64,000 nt of DNA from Verrucomicrobiota bacterium (GCA_039815375.1 JBCBZJ010000004.1:192920-256919), one strand, 5' to 3'; shown: positions 41,186 through 51,794, counted from the stretch's first letter. A program made the numbers and translations. The notes: generated by a model not told the origin, from the letters alone.

Positions 41186-42538
41186 ATGCTCCCGCGCATC
41201 ATGGACGTCTGGAAGGAGAACAAGGTCACGCTGAAGCTAGCTTTCCCTATAATTACGGGACAGGTCAGTCAGATGCTGATGGGCCTGATAGACACGCTCA
41301 TGATCGGCCATATTGGCACCACGGAGCTTGCCGCTGCGGCCATGACAAATGTCCTGTTTAACTTTCCCTTCGTTCTCGGCATCGGTCTCTTTATTGCTGT
41401 TTCAGTAATGGTCTCTCATGCCCACGGTGCCGACAATGACGAGGAGGCGGGCGAGGCCTTTCGAAACGGATACCTCATGGCACTTGTGCTAGGCGTTGTG
41501 CTCGCGGCCGGTCTCCTCGGCACGCTCCCCTTTCTGGACCTCCTCCATCAACCCGAGGATGTGGTCGCGGCGATTCCGGACTATCTCATCTGGATGGCAC
41601 TGTCGCTGATCCCAAGCATACCTATGTTCACGATCAAAAACTTTGCCGAGGCAAAAAATCGTCCGTGGACAGTGCTTTGGATCATGATGGGCGGCGTGGC
41701 ACTAAACATCGTGCTCAATTACCTGCTGATCTTCGGCAAGTTCGGCTTGCCTGAGCTTGGACTTGCCGGTGCAGGTATCGCGACATTTCTTGCTCGACTC
41801 TCAACCTGGTGGGCGCTCTGGACATACCAGAAAAAGTCCCGGGCCCTCGCATCAGCCAGGCCAAAACGCTGGCTCAAACCACTCGATCAAAAGATCTGCC
41901 TGCAAACAGCCAAGATCGCTCTACCTGCAACAGGACAACTAACGATGGAGTTCGGCTCATTCGCAGCAGCGGCAATTCTTATCGGACAATTCGGGAGCGT
42001 ATCGCTTGCCGCTCACCAGATCACACTTTCCTGCGCTGCCTTCACTTTTATGATTCCACTCGGCCTGGCACTCGCAGTAACGATTCGGGTCGGCCACACT
42101 GTCGGCGCCGGAGAAAATGAACGCTGTAACCGTATCGTCATCGGCGCACACATCACCGCCTTCTGTATGATGGGGCTGACTGCGGCCGCATTCCTACTCG
42201 CGGGCGAACCGATTGCCGGAATGTTCAGCCAAGACAGTGAAGTCATTGCAGTGACGGCCTCACTATTTGTCTATGCCGCAGCCTTTCAAATCTTTGACGG
42301 TGCACAAGTCATTAGCATGGGCGCACTGCGCGGCTTAAAAGACGTCAATATCCCAACCGCCATAATCTTCGTCAGCTTCTGGATTATTGGTATACCACTG
42401 GGAGCGGCTCTCGCTTTCTCCAGCGACATGGAGGCGCGTGGGCTCTGGATAGGGCTTGCCATGGGTCTCGCAGTTGCATCGGTCGTCCTCGGCATCCGCC
42501 TGAAGCAGAAGCTCTCTAAACTTCATCGTTCAGAATAG
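41186..42538 (+). CDS. MATE-family efflux transporter
   Basis: KLAFP, DTLMIG, LIFGKFGLPELG..GA.IAT, GALRG; start uncertain. Confidence 0.92.
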   Translation: MLPRIMDVWKENKVTLKLAFPIITGQVSQMLMGLIDTLMIGHIGTTELAAAAMTNVLFNFPFVLGIGLFIAVSVMVSHAHGADNDEEAGEAFRNGYLMALVLGVVLAAGLLGTLPFLDLLHQPEDVVAAIPDYLIWMALSLIPSIPMFTIKNFAEAKNRPWTVLWIMMGGVALNIVLNYLLIFGKFGLPELGLAGAGIATFLARLSTWWALWTYQKKSRALASARPKRWLKPLDQKICLQTAKIALPATGQLTMEFGSFAAAAILIGQFGSVSLAAHQITLSCAAFTFMIPLGLALAVTIRVGHTVGAGENERCNRIVIGAHITAFCMMGLTAAAFLLAGEPIAGMFSQDSEVIAVTASLFVYAAAFQIFDGAQVISMGALRGLKDVNIPTAIIFVSFWIIGIPLGAALAFSSDMEARGLWIGLAMGLAVASVVLGIRLKQKLSKLHRSE

Positions 42539-42555
42539 TGGCCCTTTAACTGCTT
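42539..42555 (+). promoter_or_regulatory. sigma54-type promoter of the deaminase gene
   Basis: TGGCCCTTTAACTGCTT, GG-N10-GC, 12 nt before ATG 42566. Confidence 0.6.
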
Positions 42556-42565
42556 ATTGGTAGGC

Positions 42566-43513
42566 ATGTATACTCCCAATTCTGAGCTTCGCGACTTCGT
42601 CCAGAACCTCCCAAAGACTGAAACCCATCTTCACCTCGAAGGCGCCTGCCCTTTCGAACTGATTCAGAAAGCGGAGCCGGGACGATTTAGCGAAGCACCA
42701 CCAATGTGGGACGACGCCTTCCGCTACCACAGCTTTGATCAATTCATGGAGATGTATGACGAGTTTTGTGGCTCCGTCTTCAACACAGCCGAAGCCTATT
42801 ACGAGTGCGCTAAAATAGTTCTGCAAAAATGCGCCGATCAGAACGTGCGCTACGTCGAAACAAGTTTCCACATTGGCTCACTCTACGGCAGTAGTATGTC
42901 GGGCCCTGAGGTTGTCCGTGCCGTCCTCGAAGCGGCCCCTCAGGACCTTGAAGTGCGCGTCTTCATGGGCATGTGCCACAACGACTACACTGGGCCCGGC
43001 AAAGAAATTATCGACAGCTGCATTGGCTGGGACGAACTCAGCGGCATCGACCTCCACGGCCCCGAATACTGGCCACTCGAACCTTGGACCGCCCAAATTT
43101 GGAAAGCTGCCGGTGAAGCCGGTAAAACGCTCAAAGCCCACGCCGGAGAATTCATGCCCGCCAGTTTCGTGAAACGCTGTATTGAAGAGCTTGGGGTGCG
43201 CCGTATCCAACATGGCGTCCGCTGTATTGAAGATCCTGAAGTCGTCGCTTTGATAAAGGACCTGGACGTCACTCTGGACGTCTGCCCGATCAGTAACTTA
43301 AAACTTCAGGTCGAAGGCATCCCAACCATGGCTGCGCATCCAATTAGAAAGCTTTTCGACGCCGGCGTCCGCTGCACCGTTAACTCCGACGATCCCTTCA
43401 TGTTCGGTAATACCCTGAGCGAGGAATACTATGCCCTTGCAACTGATCTCGGATTCACAAACGAGGAACTCACACAGATCGCAGGAAATGGCTTCAGCAT
43501 TAAGATCCCTTAA
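42566..43513 (+). CDS. add: adenosine/adenine deaminase family protein
   Basis: LPKTETHLHLEG, HAGE, RIQHG, CPISN, NSDDP; exact substrate not determinable. Confidence 0.85.
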   Translation: MYTPNSELRDFVQNLPKTETHLHLEGACPFELIQKAEPGRFSEAPPMWDDAFRYHSFDQFMEMYDEFCGSVFNTAEAYYECAKIVLQKCADQNVRYVETSFHIGSLYGSSMSGPEVVRAVLEAAPQDLEVRVFMGMCHNDYTGPGKEIIDSCIGWDELSGIDLHGPEYWPLEPWTAQIWKAAGEAGKTLKAHAGEFMPASFVKRCIEELGVRRIQHGVRCIEDPEVVALIKDLDVTLDVCPISNLKLQVEGIPTMAAHPIRKLFDAGVRCTVNSDDPFMFGNTLSEEYYALATDLGFTNEELTQIAGNGFSIKIP

Positions 43514-43565
43514 CTTAACGAAACAGCCGTTCGACAAAAGCAGGCTTCTGCATTTCTCCTTTCGT

Positions 43566-44621
43566 ATGAAATACACCCTCCTGATTCTTCTCCCGATTTT
43601 TTTTATCGCAGTGATGCATGGGGAAACGCGTCACGAGGGCAAAATCGATGAGGCCTTCTACATTGTCGATGTTCCGGATGAACCAAATGGTAATGTCATG
43701 TTCATTGCCCGCGGTTTTCGCCCGAGCTTTTTTCCTCTCTCTGCGGTCTATGAGGTCGACACTGATTTCTATCAAACACTGCTCGCGGAAGGCTGGATCA
43801 TAGCATCGACCAGTTTCCGGACCAACGGCTGGGTCGTTGAAAAAGGCGGACTCGACATTATCGCCCTGAGGGACCACATCGCAAAAAGCATCCATCCCAT
43901 CGATTTTTCGGTTGTCTATGGCGAGACCATGGGAGGGGGCGTTGCAATCTGGCTGGGCGAGAATCATCCCGAGTTTTTCCAAGGCATCCTGGGACTAGGG
44001 GCTCACCTTTTTCCGGAACCGGGCAATGGCGAAATGGAAAGCGATACGCTGGCCCCCGTCTTTAATAAAGACCCTAAGATTCCGGTTCTTTTCTTGGCGA
44101 ACGCAGGCGAGATCGCGAGTTCTTCGGCTTACGCCAGCTCGGTAAACGATGGTGATTTGAAGCCGGTCACCTGGTCGGTCGACCGGCCTGGTCACGTCAA
44201 TGTCAACAGCGCGGAGCGATTGGCTGCATTTCGTGCTCTAATCGCCTGGACTGAAGGCGAGGTGCCGGATTCGACAGCTGAAGCAAAGATTGATCGATCA
44301 CCCGAATCAATAGCCGCATCCTCAAGCAAAGTCGCCGCAGGTAACATTCGCCGGATTCGGCCACTCTACGGAAACCTCTACTCGAATCTTGTCGCCAAAG
44401 ACCTCAAAAAGCTCGGCATCTCACTGGGTGACAAATTTACATTTATCCACGGAAGCGAAAGCTACGATATCGAATACGCCAAAGCCTATAGTGATGTCGA
44501 AATTGGCGCCTGGGTCGCCTTCATTGATCCCGAAGGTTACGTCCAAATTTCACGCAACTATGCGAATGCCGGAGAGACTCTCGGTGCCACAAAAGGTGAC
44601 CCGATTTTGATTAAGAAATAG
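43566..44621 (+). CDS. secreted alpha/beta-hydrolase-fold protein fused to a SAM hydroxide adenosyltransferase C-terminal domain
   Basis: Signal peptide; GETMGG elbow; RPGH; C-terminal YGNLYSN...YSDV..G...FIDPEGYVQISRN..NA...LG...GD. Confidence 0.7.
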   Translation: MKYTLLILLPIFFIAVMHGETRHEGKIDEAFYIVDVPDEPNGNVMFIARGFRPSFFPLSAVYEVDTDFYQTLLAEGWIIASTSFRTNGWVVEKGGLDIIALRDHIAKSIHPIDFSVVYGETMGGGVAIWLGENHPEFFQGILGLGAHLFPEPGNGEMESDTLAPVFNKDPKIPVLFLANAGEIASSSAYASSVNDGDLKPVTWSVDRPGHVNVNSAERLAAFRALIAWTEGEVPDSTAEAKIDRSPESIAASSSKVAAGNIRRIRPLYGNLYSNLVAKDLKKLGISLGDKFTFIHGSESYDIEYAKAYSDVEIGAWVAFIDPEGYVQISRNYANAGETLGATKGDPILIKK

Positions 44622-44691
44622 CTAAATCTTCCCTTCGAGACTTAGGCCATTTTTACTCTATTATATAATCGTTACTTAAAAACCTTGGAGC

Positions 44692-45459
44692 ATGCATTCC
44701 AGAACCTTGAACAAATTCAGTTCTAGCTTTTTTGCGCTTTTCCTAATCTTGATCGCCGGTTGCACGACCGAAGAGATCGCCGCTCCATCGCACTACATTG
44801 ACGCAACGGCACTCGGAATTGTGGGTAATGCAGCGAACATAAGTCTTATCCCGGCAAGTTTTGAGCAGGGCATATTCCCCTCTTATGCCGATCTCTACAA
44901 AAGGATCGACTCCGCCATCGTAAATTTTTTCCAGATTCAAGGGTTGGAAATTGACTACGTTGATGAAGTGCTACCGAACACAGCCTGGTTGGCAGAAAAA
45001 ACTGCTCGCTCACGAGCCGGTGGGATTAGCTATACGATAAAGTATACTCCAACTCCGGAGACATTCAGAAAGATTGATCTTAATGGCTATGAATATTCTC
45101 TCACCACTTGGATCACGATTACAGACGTTAAATTGAAGGCTCCCTATTCTTCACACACTTGGGCAGGTGTTCGGCGTAGAGTCCTACATGACGGCCCGGG
45201 TCAGGCAGGCTGGGGTTCGAACAACACAATGACACTGTTCGTTAGCATGCAAGCAGTAGAGACCGGCAAAGAGGTTTACTCCTCCAGAGCCGGCCTCACC
45301 CTTGCGATGAAATCATCTATAAAAACAAGGAGTCTCGACGTCACCGCTACGATAGATCCGATTGAAAGTCAGGACGTCAAGGATTCCGAAATTCAAGAAG
45401 CCGTTCAGATCGCACTTCAACCACTAGTCAATGTGTTGATCGATTCGCCCTTGAATTGA
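44692..45459 (+). CDS. hypothetical lipoprotein
   Basis: Lipobox IAG-C; GGAG SD. Confidence 0.7.
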   Translation: MHSRTLNKFSSSFFALFLILIAGCTTEEIAAPSHYIDATALGIVGNAANISLIPASFEQGIFPSYADLYKRIDSAIVNFFQIQGLEIDYVDEVLPNTAWLAEKTARSRAGGISYTIKYTPTPETFRKIDLNGYEYSLTTWITITDVKLKAPYSSHTWAGVRRRVLHDGPGQAGWGSNNTMTLFVSMQAVETGKEVYSSRAGLTLAMKSSIKTRSLDVTATIDPIESQDVKDSEIQEAVQIALQPLVNVLIDSPLN

Positions 45460-45477
45460 TCGTGCTGTAAAAACGAA

Positions 45478-46014
45478 CTAGCTTTGCTCTTCTGTTTCCT
45501 CATTTCCGGAAAAGGTCTTGATTGCCCAGTTCTCGATCAACTCGAGCTCAAAACTAAATGAGTTCGTTTGGCGGTAGCCGCGGAGGCTATTCTTGGTTGA
45601 GAGTCCGATGTCGGAAAGATTCACCTCACCCATCGCGATGGAAGTGCCTTCAGCATTTTTTAGGGCATAAGTAAACTCAAGTCGCGGCGGAAATGTGCTT
45701 TTTATAATACGAATCGAGTTCGAAGGGAAGCGTCCGACGAAAGGGTCAATATAGCCAGCCATATCAATGTCGGTAAAGTTGAGCTCAAGAGTTCGGCCCT
45801 CACCTCCAATCAATTGAAGAACACGGTTCCTTTTGATCTCACGATCAAAGATTCGCTGAGTGGATTTTTTCGTGATGCTCGTCACCTTGAAGTCGGTAAA
45901 CTTCTCCGGGCTCTGATAATTCGTAACGATTTCGGCGGTCAAAAATGGGCTTGCGAAAAAGCCCATGCTGGTGAGCAGCAAGAGCTGTCTCGTCGCGTGG
46001 ATGATTGTTTTCAT
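45478..46014 (-). CDS. DUF3016-like exported protein
   Basis: PEKFTD, FTDIDMAG, IRIIK..FPPR.EF.Y. Confidence 0.75.
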   Translation of the reverse strand: MKTIIHATRQLLLLTSMGFFASPFLTAEIVTNYQSPEKFTDFKVTSITKKSTQRIFDREIKRNRVLQLIGGEGRTLELNFTDIDMAGYIDPFVGRFPSNSIRIIKSTFPPRLEFTYALKNAEGTSIAMGEVNLSDIGLSTKNSLRGYRQTNSFSFELELIENWAIKTFSGNEETEEQS

Positions 46015-46078
46015 GATATGAGTGGTATTTGGATCGATAAGAACCTCAAACAGCAGGCTCTATTTCGTTGAATTTGAA

Positions 46079-47059
46079 TTAATCTTCATTGGCCCATTTT
46101 CCGGATAGGATCCCAGCCAAGATGAGTTGCAAAGGATGATAACACATCAATGGAATCAACACTGCAGCCGCATCGACCACACCGGGTGCTGCAGCCAGCA
46201 CAGAAGTCGCCAGTGGCAAACCCGTTGCAAGTGACTTTTGGCTGCCGCAAAAAAAAGCGGAGATTCGCTGGTCACGTGTCGGTTTTACCCAAACCGAGCT
46301 TTTCCAAACAAGGGCACTCACAACCAGCAAGGTAACCACGGTGCTTGCAATCACACCGATCACGGCAAGCAGTCCCAAGCCATCAAGAAACCCAGAGCTC
46401 ACACTATTGGCAAAGGCAGCATGCACGATAAAGAGAATGATCCAGTTACCTGTTTTCTTGGTTCGTCTGGAAACCGCTGCGGCTTTTTCCGGAAGGATTT
46501 TTCGGATAATCTGCCCGATGATCAAAGGCAACACAATGAGGATAAAGAGCTTGGTAAAAAGAGGTGCCAAAGGAATATCAGCCTTGGTTTCAACCGCGAG
46601 ATAAGCCACCGCAACTGTTGGCACCAGAACCACCGCCAACAAGTTGGAGAAGACAGTCGAGAAAATCGCATTCGAGGTATTACCACCCGAGACCGTGCTA
46701 AAGGTCACAGCCGAAGTAATTGTCGTCGGTAGTATAGCAAGTAGCCAAAAACCGAGCCGTAACTCTGGCTCCAAAATGAACGCGAGCGGAATCAACAGAA
46801 TCCCAACAACGAACGGGAAGATGAGGTAGTTCCATGAAAGCACGAAGGCGTGCAAACGCTTGGGTTTGATGCCGGCGGCCAGTTCACTTGTCGGCAGAGA
46901 CAGTCCCTGAAGAAAGAAGATAATCCAGACGCCAACCTTCGTTGTAATCTCGGTCTGAAGGAAGCCACCCTTTGTCGCAGGGCCAGGAAAGAGAATAGCC
47001 AGTCCGACCACAGCCAACAGCCAAAGCGTAAAGGAATGCTTCTTTAGAAACTTTTGCAT
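46079..47059 (-). CDS. bile acid:sodium symporter family (SBF-like) transporter
   Basis: IFFLQGL, LPTT..S, GGN, FCGSQKSLA.G. Confidence 0.88.
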   Translation of the reverse strand: MQKFLKKHSFTLWLLAVVGLAILFPGPATKGGFLQTEITTKVGVWIIFFLQGLSLPTSELAAGIKPKRLHAFVLSWNYLIFPFVVGILLIPLAFILEPELRLGFWLLAILPTTITSAVTFSTVSGGNTSNAIFSTVFSNLLAVVLVPTVAVAYLAVETKADIPLAPLFTKLFILIVLPLIIGQIIRKILPEKAAAVSRRTKKTGNWIILFIVHAAFANSVSSGFLDGLGLLAVIGVIASTVVTLLVVSALVWKSSVWVKPTRDQRISAFFCGSQKSLATGLPLATSVLAAAPGVVDAAAVLIPLMCYHPLQLILAGILSGKWANED

Positions 47060-48291
47060 TGCTCAAGTAGCGCCAGAGGAACTTCCGGCGAGGTGTCTTT
47101 AAAAATAAACTGCATACCAACACTTCGGTGCCCATCCAACCACACAGGAATAGTCAGCGCAGGCTTTTGTGCAATACTCGCCGGTGTGGTTAGCCGTAGA
47201 GTATTTTCACGCAGCTCGGGAGTAGCCTCACTGAGCGGGATCGACGGGCCGGGCGAAACCGGCATCGCCAGAAAATCATAAGACTCAAAGTAACGGTTAA
47301 ACCATACCCGAACTGTGTCCCAAGTAGCCAGCGCCCGCTCGACTTCTTCTTCCTTCCATATCTTCGCACGTTCAATTCGGTCTTTTACCACCGGATCGTA
47401 AAGGCTGCCGTGCGCATCAAGCCAGTCTTGATGGATGATGTAGGCCTCTCTACTCTGAAGAATGTTAAAAGCCTTCTGGCAAGCTGGCAGTATCGACTTC
47501 AGCTCCGCAGCAAGCTCGCTTTCCGGAATTCCCCATCGCTTCGCGGCGTTCTTTAGGGCTGCGTAGGTGTCCGCTGCAACCATATCCTCGGGTAGAAAAA
47601 AAGTTCCGTGCACACCGCTCGGCTGATCGAAAGATTCGCCGTCAAACCATGAGAGTATGACTTGCGCCATTTCCTCGGCAGTGCGGGTAAACCAACCCAT
47701 AGTATCAAAACTTGGAGCCAGCGGAAAGCCACCCTCCATGAAATAGTTCGGAGCCCAGCGGATTCCATAAACGCCGCACCAGGCTGCAGGCAAACGAATC
47801 GAGCCACCCGTATCCGTGCCGAAGGCCAGCGGCAAGTAACCTGCTGCGACCAGATGGGCGGAACCACTACTCGAGCCACCGCTTAAGCAGTTCTCCAAGT
47901 ATGGGTGCGGGCAATTTCCATAGTGAGGGTTTTCGCCGGAAAGACCATAAGCAAACTCATTCATCTGCGCCTTCGCGGCGCAACTAGCGCCGAGCTGGTC
48001 TAGGCGCTGGACAAGTTCCGAGTCGCACTCGGCAAGCTCGGATTTTAAAAACGGTAAAACAGAAGAACTGTGTGTGGGCACACCATGAATTTTGAAAAGA
48101 TCTTTCAGCCCGAAGGGCACACCACCGAGCGGCCCATCCAAAGGCATTAAGCCGGAACTCAAATCTGAACTCACTACAGACGTATCCGTTTTTTCGATAC
48201 ACTTATCAAGATTCAGCCGAACTAAGCGACTCCATTCGACCGGATTCTCCAACGCCAAGCTTTGCCATTCATCTATCGAGAGTATTTTCAT
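47044..48291 (-). CDS. amidase signature enzyme (AtzE/HpxY-like)
   Basis: KDLF, GGSSSGS, GTDTGGSIRLPA. Confidence 0.88.
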   Translation of the reverse strand: MKILSIDEWQSLALENPVEWSRLVRLNLDKCIEKTDTSVVSSDLSSGLMPLDGPLGGVPFGLKDLFKIHGVPTHSSSVLPFLKSELAECDSELVQRLDQLGASCAAKAQMNEFAYGLSGENPHYGNCPHPYLENCLSGGSSSGSAHLVAAGYLPLAFGTDTGGSIRLPAAWCGVYGIRWAPNYFMEGGFPLAPSFDTMGWFTRTAEEMAQVILSWFDGESFDQPSGVHGTFFLPEDMVAADTYAALKNAAKRWGIPESELAAELKSILPACQKAFNILQSREAYIIHQDWLDAHGSLYDPVVKDRIERAKIWKEEEVERALATWDTVRVWFNRYFESYDFLAMPVSPGPSIPLSEATPELRENTLRLTTPASIAQKPALTIPVWLDGHRSVGMQFIFKDTSPEVPLALLEQCKSF

Positions 48292-49637
48292 TTTTTGAAT
48301 GCCTGACCTGCAATGAAACGACCGCGCGGCAGACCAACAACCCTGCCATCCACAATTACCGGACTACCTCGCAACCAAGTTTGACGAATCGCCAACTCCA
48401 GATCGAAACCGAGGTAAACAGAGATCGGGTGCCGATAGAGCAGCTCGGCAGATTTCACCGCGTGTTGCGTATCGAGTGCCTCGACAAGAAAGAAGTCGGC
48501 ATCGGAACCGAGCGAAAGACGCCCCTTATTCGCAAGTCCAATCAAGTCAGCTGGCGTGGTTGCGAATGCATCCTGCAAAGACTGGAGCCGTTCGGAATCA
48601 CCCAGACTGAAAAGATCGATTAAAAACGGAAGTCCGTGCTGAATCCCTGAAATCCCACCCCAAGCATCGTAGAAACTTTTACCGTCTTTCAGATCAGGCG
48701 AACTGGGCGAATGGTCCGATCCAATGGTGTCGATCCCGTGACTGACCAGCATGTCGAGCATGGCTTCAACCGTTGCAGGTGGCCTCAAAGGCGGCGCGCA
48801 TTTAGCATTTGGACCGACGGATTCGGCTTCTTCGGAAGAAAGGAGCAAATAGTGCGGACAGGTTTCGCAGACCAGATCGACCCCTTTCTCCTGCGCATCG
48901 TGAATCACTTCCAAAACCTCAGGCGCGCTAACGTGGACAATCGTGATCGGGCAGCCCGTTTCAATAGAAAGCTCAATAGCCATGCTAACCGCGGAGATTT
49001 CCGATTGAACCGGTCTCGAAGCCAGCCAATCCACTGCGCTCTCCCGACTCGGCAGCGCAGCAGCAGCGGCATCCAGCACATCAGGGTCCTCCGCATGCAA
49101 AGCTAGCCGCAGTCCAGTCGGAGCGATCCGCTGCATCGCATCGCGCAAGGTCTGCTGGTCGGAATTATCGAAGGCATTGTTGCCACTGGGCGACATGAAA
49201 GCCTTGAACCCCATCACACCTGCCTCAGCCAGCGGCACAAGATGCTCGGCATTTCCTGGCACCACACCGCCCCAAAGCCCGAAATCAACATAGGTTTTTT
49301 TCGAGACTGCCGCGAGTTTTTCCTCTAGCGCCGCGACATTGACGGTGGATGGAAGATTATTCAACGGCATGTCAGCAACATAGGTGACCCCCCCGGCTGC
49401 AGCGGAAGAGCTCCCGGTTTCGAAGCCTTCCCAATCCGTCCGGCCCGGCTCATTGAAATGAACATGCAGATCGACTGCTCCAGAGAAACAATAAGCGCCC
49501 GCACCATCGATTTCCGTTTTCGCACTTAGGCCAACAGCCTCACGACCAACAATCTTTCCGCCTTCAATGACAAGATCCGACTCCTGCCAAAGGCCCATCT
49601 CCAATAATTTGATATCCCTGACAATCGCTTCGACCAT
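48288..49637 (-). CDS. allB: allantoinase
   Basis: DLHVHFNEPGRTDWEGF, GFKAF, HAED, ETCPHYL, KCAPPLR, SDHSP. Confidence 0.93.
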   Translation of the reverse strand: MVEAIVRDIKLLEMGLWQESDLVIEGGKIVGREAVGLSAKTEIDGAGAYCFSGAVDLHVHFNEPGRTDWEGFETGSSSAAAGGVTYVADMPLNNLPSTVNVAALEEKLAAVSKKTYVDFGLWGGVVPGNAEHLVPLAEAGVMGFKAFMSPSGNNAFDNSDQQTLRDAMQRIAPTGLRLALHAEDPDVLDAAAAALPSRESAVDWLASRPVQSEISAVSMAIELSIETGCPITIVHVSAPEVLEVIHDAQEKGVDLVCETCPHYLLLSSEEAESVGPNAKCAPPLRPPATVEAMLDMLVSHGIDTIGSDHSPSSPDLKDGKSFYDAWGGISGIQHGLPFLIDLFSLGDSERLQSLQDAFATTPADLIGLANKGRLSLGSDADFFLVEALDTQHAVKSAELLYRHPISVYLGFDLELAIRQTWLRGSPVIVDGRVVGLPRGRFIAGQAFKK

Positions 49638-49644
49638 AATTACG

Positions 49645-50901
49645 TTACAAGGTTTGGTCCAAATCAAGCACCGCGTCGACCATCGTTCGAAGCGCGAGCA
49701 TACAATCCTCATCGCTGGCAGATTCATCAGGATGATGGCTCAAGCCATCGCGACAGCGCACGGCAAGCACACCGACCGGACAAACCTGCGCGATCTTCAT
49801 ACTATCATGCCCGGCTCCGCTAAAAAGTTCGATCGCAGCCTCTTGATACTTTTCGCTGTGACGGCATAGAAGCGCGGACAAATCAGGATCGCAGCCTACA
49901 TCGATCGCTTCATGCACAACCCGGTAGCGGTATTCCAACCCACTACGCCTAGCGATCGCCTCAAGAGAGTCCACCAAGGCCTTGTGCGAGAGTTCGAGTC
50001 CCCGCTGATGCGGACGCCGCAAGTCAATCGTGAAGCTCACCCGTTCCGGAATCACGTTGGTCGCGTTGGGCTTAACATTGAGTTGCCCCACCGTGGCGCG
50101 GATCCGGTCGTCACTTTTACAAAGTTCATTCACGACCTGAACCATTTCGCAGGCGAAAGGAAGCGGATCTTTACGCAAACGAGCAGGCGTCGTTCCTGCA
50201 TGGCCCGCCTTGCCAATCAAATCGACTTCGGCACGCAGTTGCGCTGCAATACGGCTGAAAACTCCGAGCCCCCGGCCCGTGGAGTCAAGAACCGGCCCCT
50301 GCTCGATATGCGCTTCCAGGAAACGGTCTTGCGGTCGGATCAAAGGTTCGGCGTTGAGTAGCTCGTCGACGTCTTCCGCACGGTCCACCAGCCACTCGCC
50401 AAGGGTCTTGCCATATTCATCAGGCATATGCAGCCAATCCGGCTCGAACTGTCCGCTAACATAGGCGCTCCCCAGAAAGGTGCTCTGAAAGCGCACACCC
50501 TCCTCATCGCAAAAGGCATGCGCTGCAAGATCATGCTGCATCTGCGTGCCCGACGATTCGATGGTCTCGACCACCGCCAGCGCGAGCAGCACCCCAAGCA
50601 CCCCATCATAAGCGCCAGCGTTGATCACGGTATCATAATGAGAACCCAGATGAATGATCGGCGCCTCCGAATTACTATCCGCTGCCCGCAAAAAGCCCGA
50701 AACATTAGTTAGCGCATCTTCACGCACCTGCATACCGGCAGTCTGCATCCAACCTCGAATCCGATAAGCAGCCTCCTCGGCAGCAGGCGAAAACAGGGTG
50801 CGCTCCAGCCATTCATCGGTTTCCGAAATCCCCCGAAGAAAGCGCAAACGCCCGAGCATTCGGGTCCCTGCTTCCAGCACTGCCTGCTCTAGCTCCATCA
50901 A
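49645..50901 (-). CDS. allC: allantoate amidohydrolase
   Basis: GSHYD, YDG.LG, EEGVRF, EAHIEQGP, HAGT, SGAGHD; operon context. Confidence 0.88.
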   Translation of the reverse strand: MMELEQAVLEAGTRMLGRLRFLRGISETDEWLERTLFSPAAEEAAYRIRGWMQTAGMQVREDALTNVSGFLRAADSNSEAPIIHLGSHYDTVINAGAYDGVLGVLLALAVVETIESSGTQMQHDLAAHAFCDEEGVRFQSTFLGSAYVSGQFEPDWLHMPDEYGKTLGEWLVDRAEDVDELLNAEPLIRPQDRFLEAHIEQGPVLDSTGRGLGVFSRIAAQLRAEVDLIGKAGHAGTTPARLRKDPLPFACEMVQVVNELCKSDDRIRATVGQLNVKPNATNVIPERVSFTIDLRRPHQRGLELSHKALVDSLEAIARRSGLEYRYRVVHEAIDVGCDPDLSALLCRHSEKYQEAAIELFSGAGHDSMKIAQVCPVGVLAVRCRDGLSHHPDESASDEDCMLALRTMVDAVLDLDQTL

Positions 50902-51254
50902 CTTCCGCGGTAGGTCGAGTAGCTCCAGGGCGAGGTTAGAAGCGGCACATGATAGCTCTCTCCAGCAATTAGACTGACCTGTAGCACAACTTCATCAAGA
51001 AAGGCCGGCTCTGGCAGCTCCACGCCAAGTCCGCCGAAATAAGCGCCCACGTTAAAGGTGATCCGGTAGCTCCCGGTTTTCAGAGACTCACCGGTCAGTA
51101 GAGGTGAGTCCGTACGACCGTCTTTGTTGGTTACCCCGCTGCCGAGCCTTGTCCAGCCTTCGGCACCGGCTGCAAACTGAAGAGTCCATTCGACCCCGCA
51201 GGCCGGACACCCGTGATAGGTGTCGAGAACATGTGTGCTAAGTTTTCCACTCAT
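50898..51254 (-). CDS. uraH: 5-hydroxyisourate hydrolase
   Basis: LSTHVLD, DGR, YHVPLL, C-terminal YRGS. Confidence 0.96.
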   Translation of the reverse strand: MSGKLSTHVLDTYHGCPACGVEWTLQFAAGAEGWTRLGSGVTNKDGRTDSPLLTGESLKTGSYRITFNVGAYFGGLGVELPEPAFLDEVVLQVSLIAGESYHVPLLTSPWSYSTYRGS

Positions 51255-51274
51255 AGAATTGATCTCCTACAGGT

Positions 51275-51787
51275 TCAGGCCTCGCGAACGAGCCCATTGA
51301 TTCGATACCAGCCGATCCGCGCGATCTGGTAGAGGCAGGCGAGCCGCTCGGCATCTGCGGTCGATTGACAACGCAACTCCAACAGCGGCAGGACATCCTC
51401 TGCCGGGTGCTCCGTCACACAAAGGATAAAAGGGTGCCCGAATCGCTCGCGGTATACTGCCAATGCCACACGCATCCGCTCCAACACCTCAGGTGCTAGT
51501 GCCGCAAAGCCCGCCCGCCTTTGCTCAGCCTGCGAGAAATCCGTCAACTTCGGCAGCTGGTCCAACTTCGCAGCAAGGTCCGGGTGTGCTTTGATCAATT
51601 CCATCTGAATCTCCGGATCTGCACCATAGAGTGCCGATTCACAGGCCGCCTGCAACACCTTCAGGTTGGCGAAGGGCCTTGCCCCGGCAACCGCTTCCAC
51701 CACCCAGGGTGAATGCTCATAGACCTGCTCAAGCGTAGAGACAAATTCAGACGCCGACAAAGTATCCAGTTTTTCGAGGGTAATCAC
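51275..51787 (-). CDS. uraD: OHCU decarboxylase
   Basis: YEHSPWV, AHPDLA, S..EQ..AG, Y.ERFG.PFI; GTG start inferred. Confidence 0.93.
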   Translation of the reverse strand: MITLEKLDTLSASEFVSTLEQVYEHSPWVVEAVAGARPFANLKVLQAACESALYGADPEIQMELIKAHPDLAAKLDQLPKLTDFSQAEQRRAGFAALAPEVLERMRVALAVYRERFGHPFILCVTEHPAEDVLPLLELRCQSTADAERLACLYQIARIGWYRINGLVREA

Positions 51788-51794
51788 TTCAATT

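Noticed and set aside
29273..43513. Futalosine (menaquinone) pathway reading of the Asn nucleosidase and the deaminase
   Set aside because: No mqnA/C/D/E in the window; context is purine permeases and hpt, although it is not fully excluded
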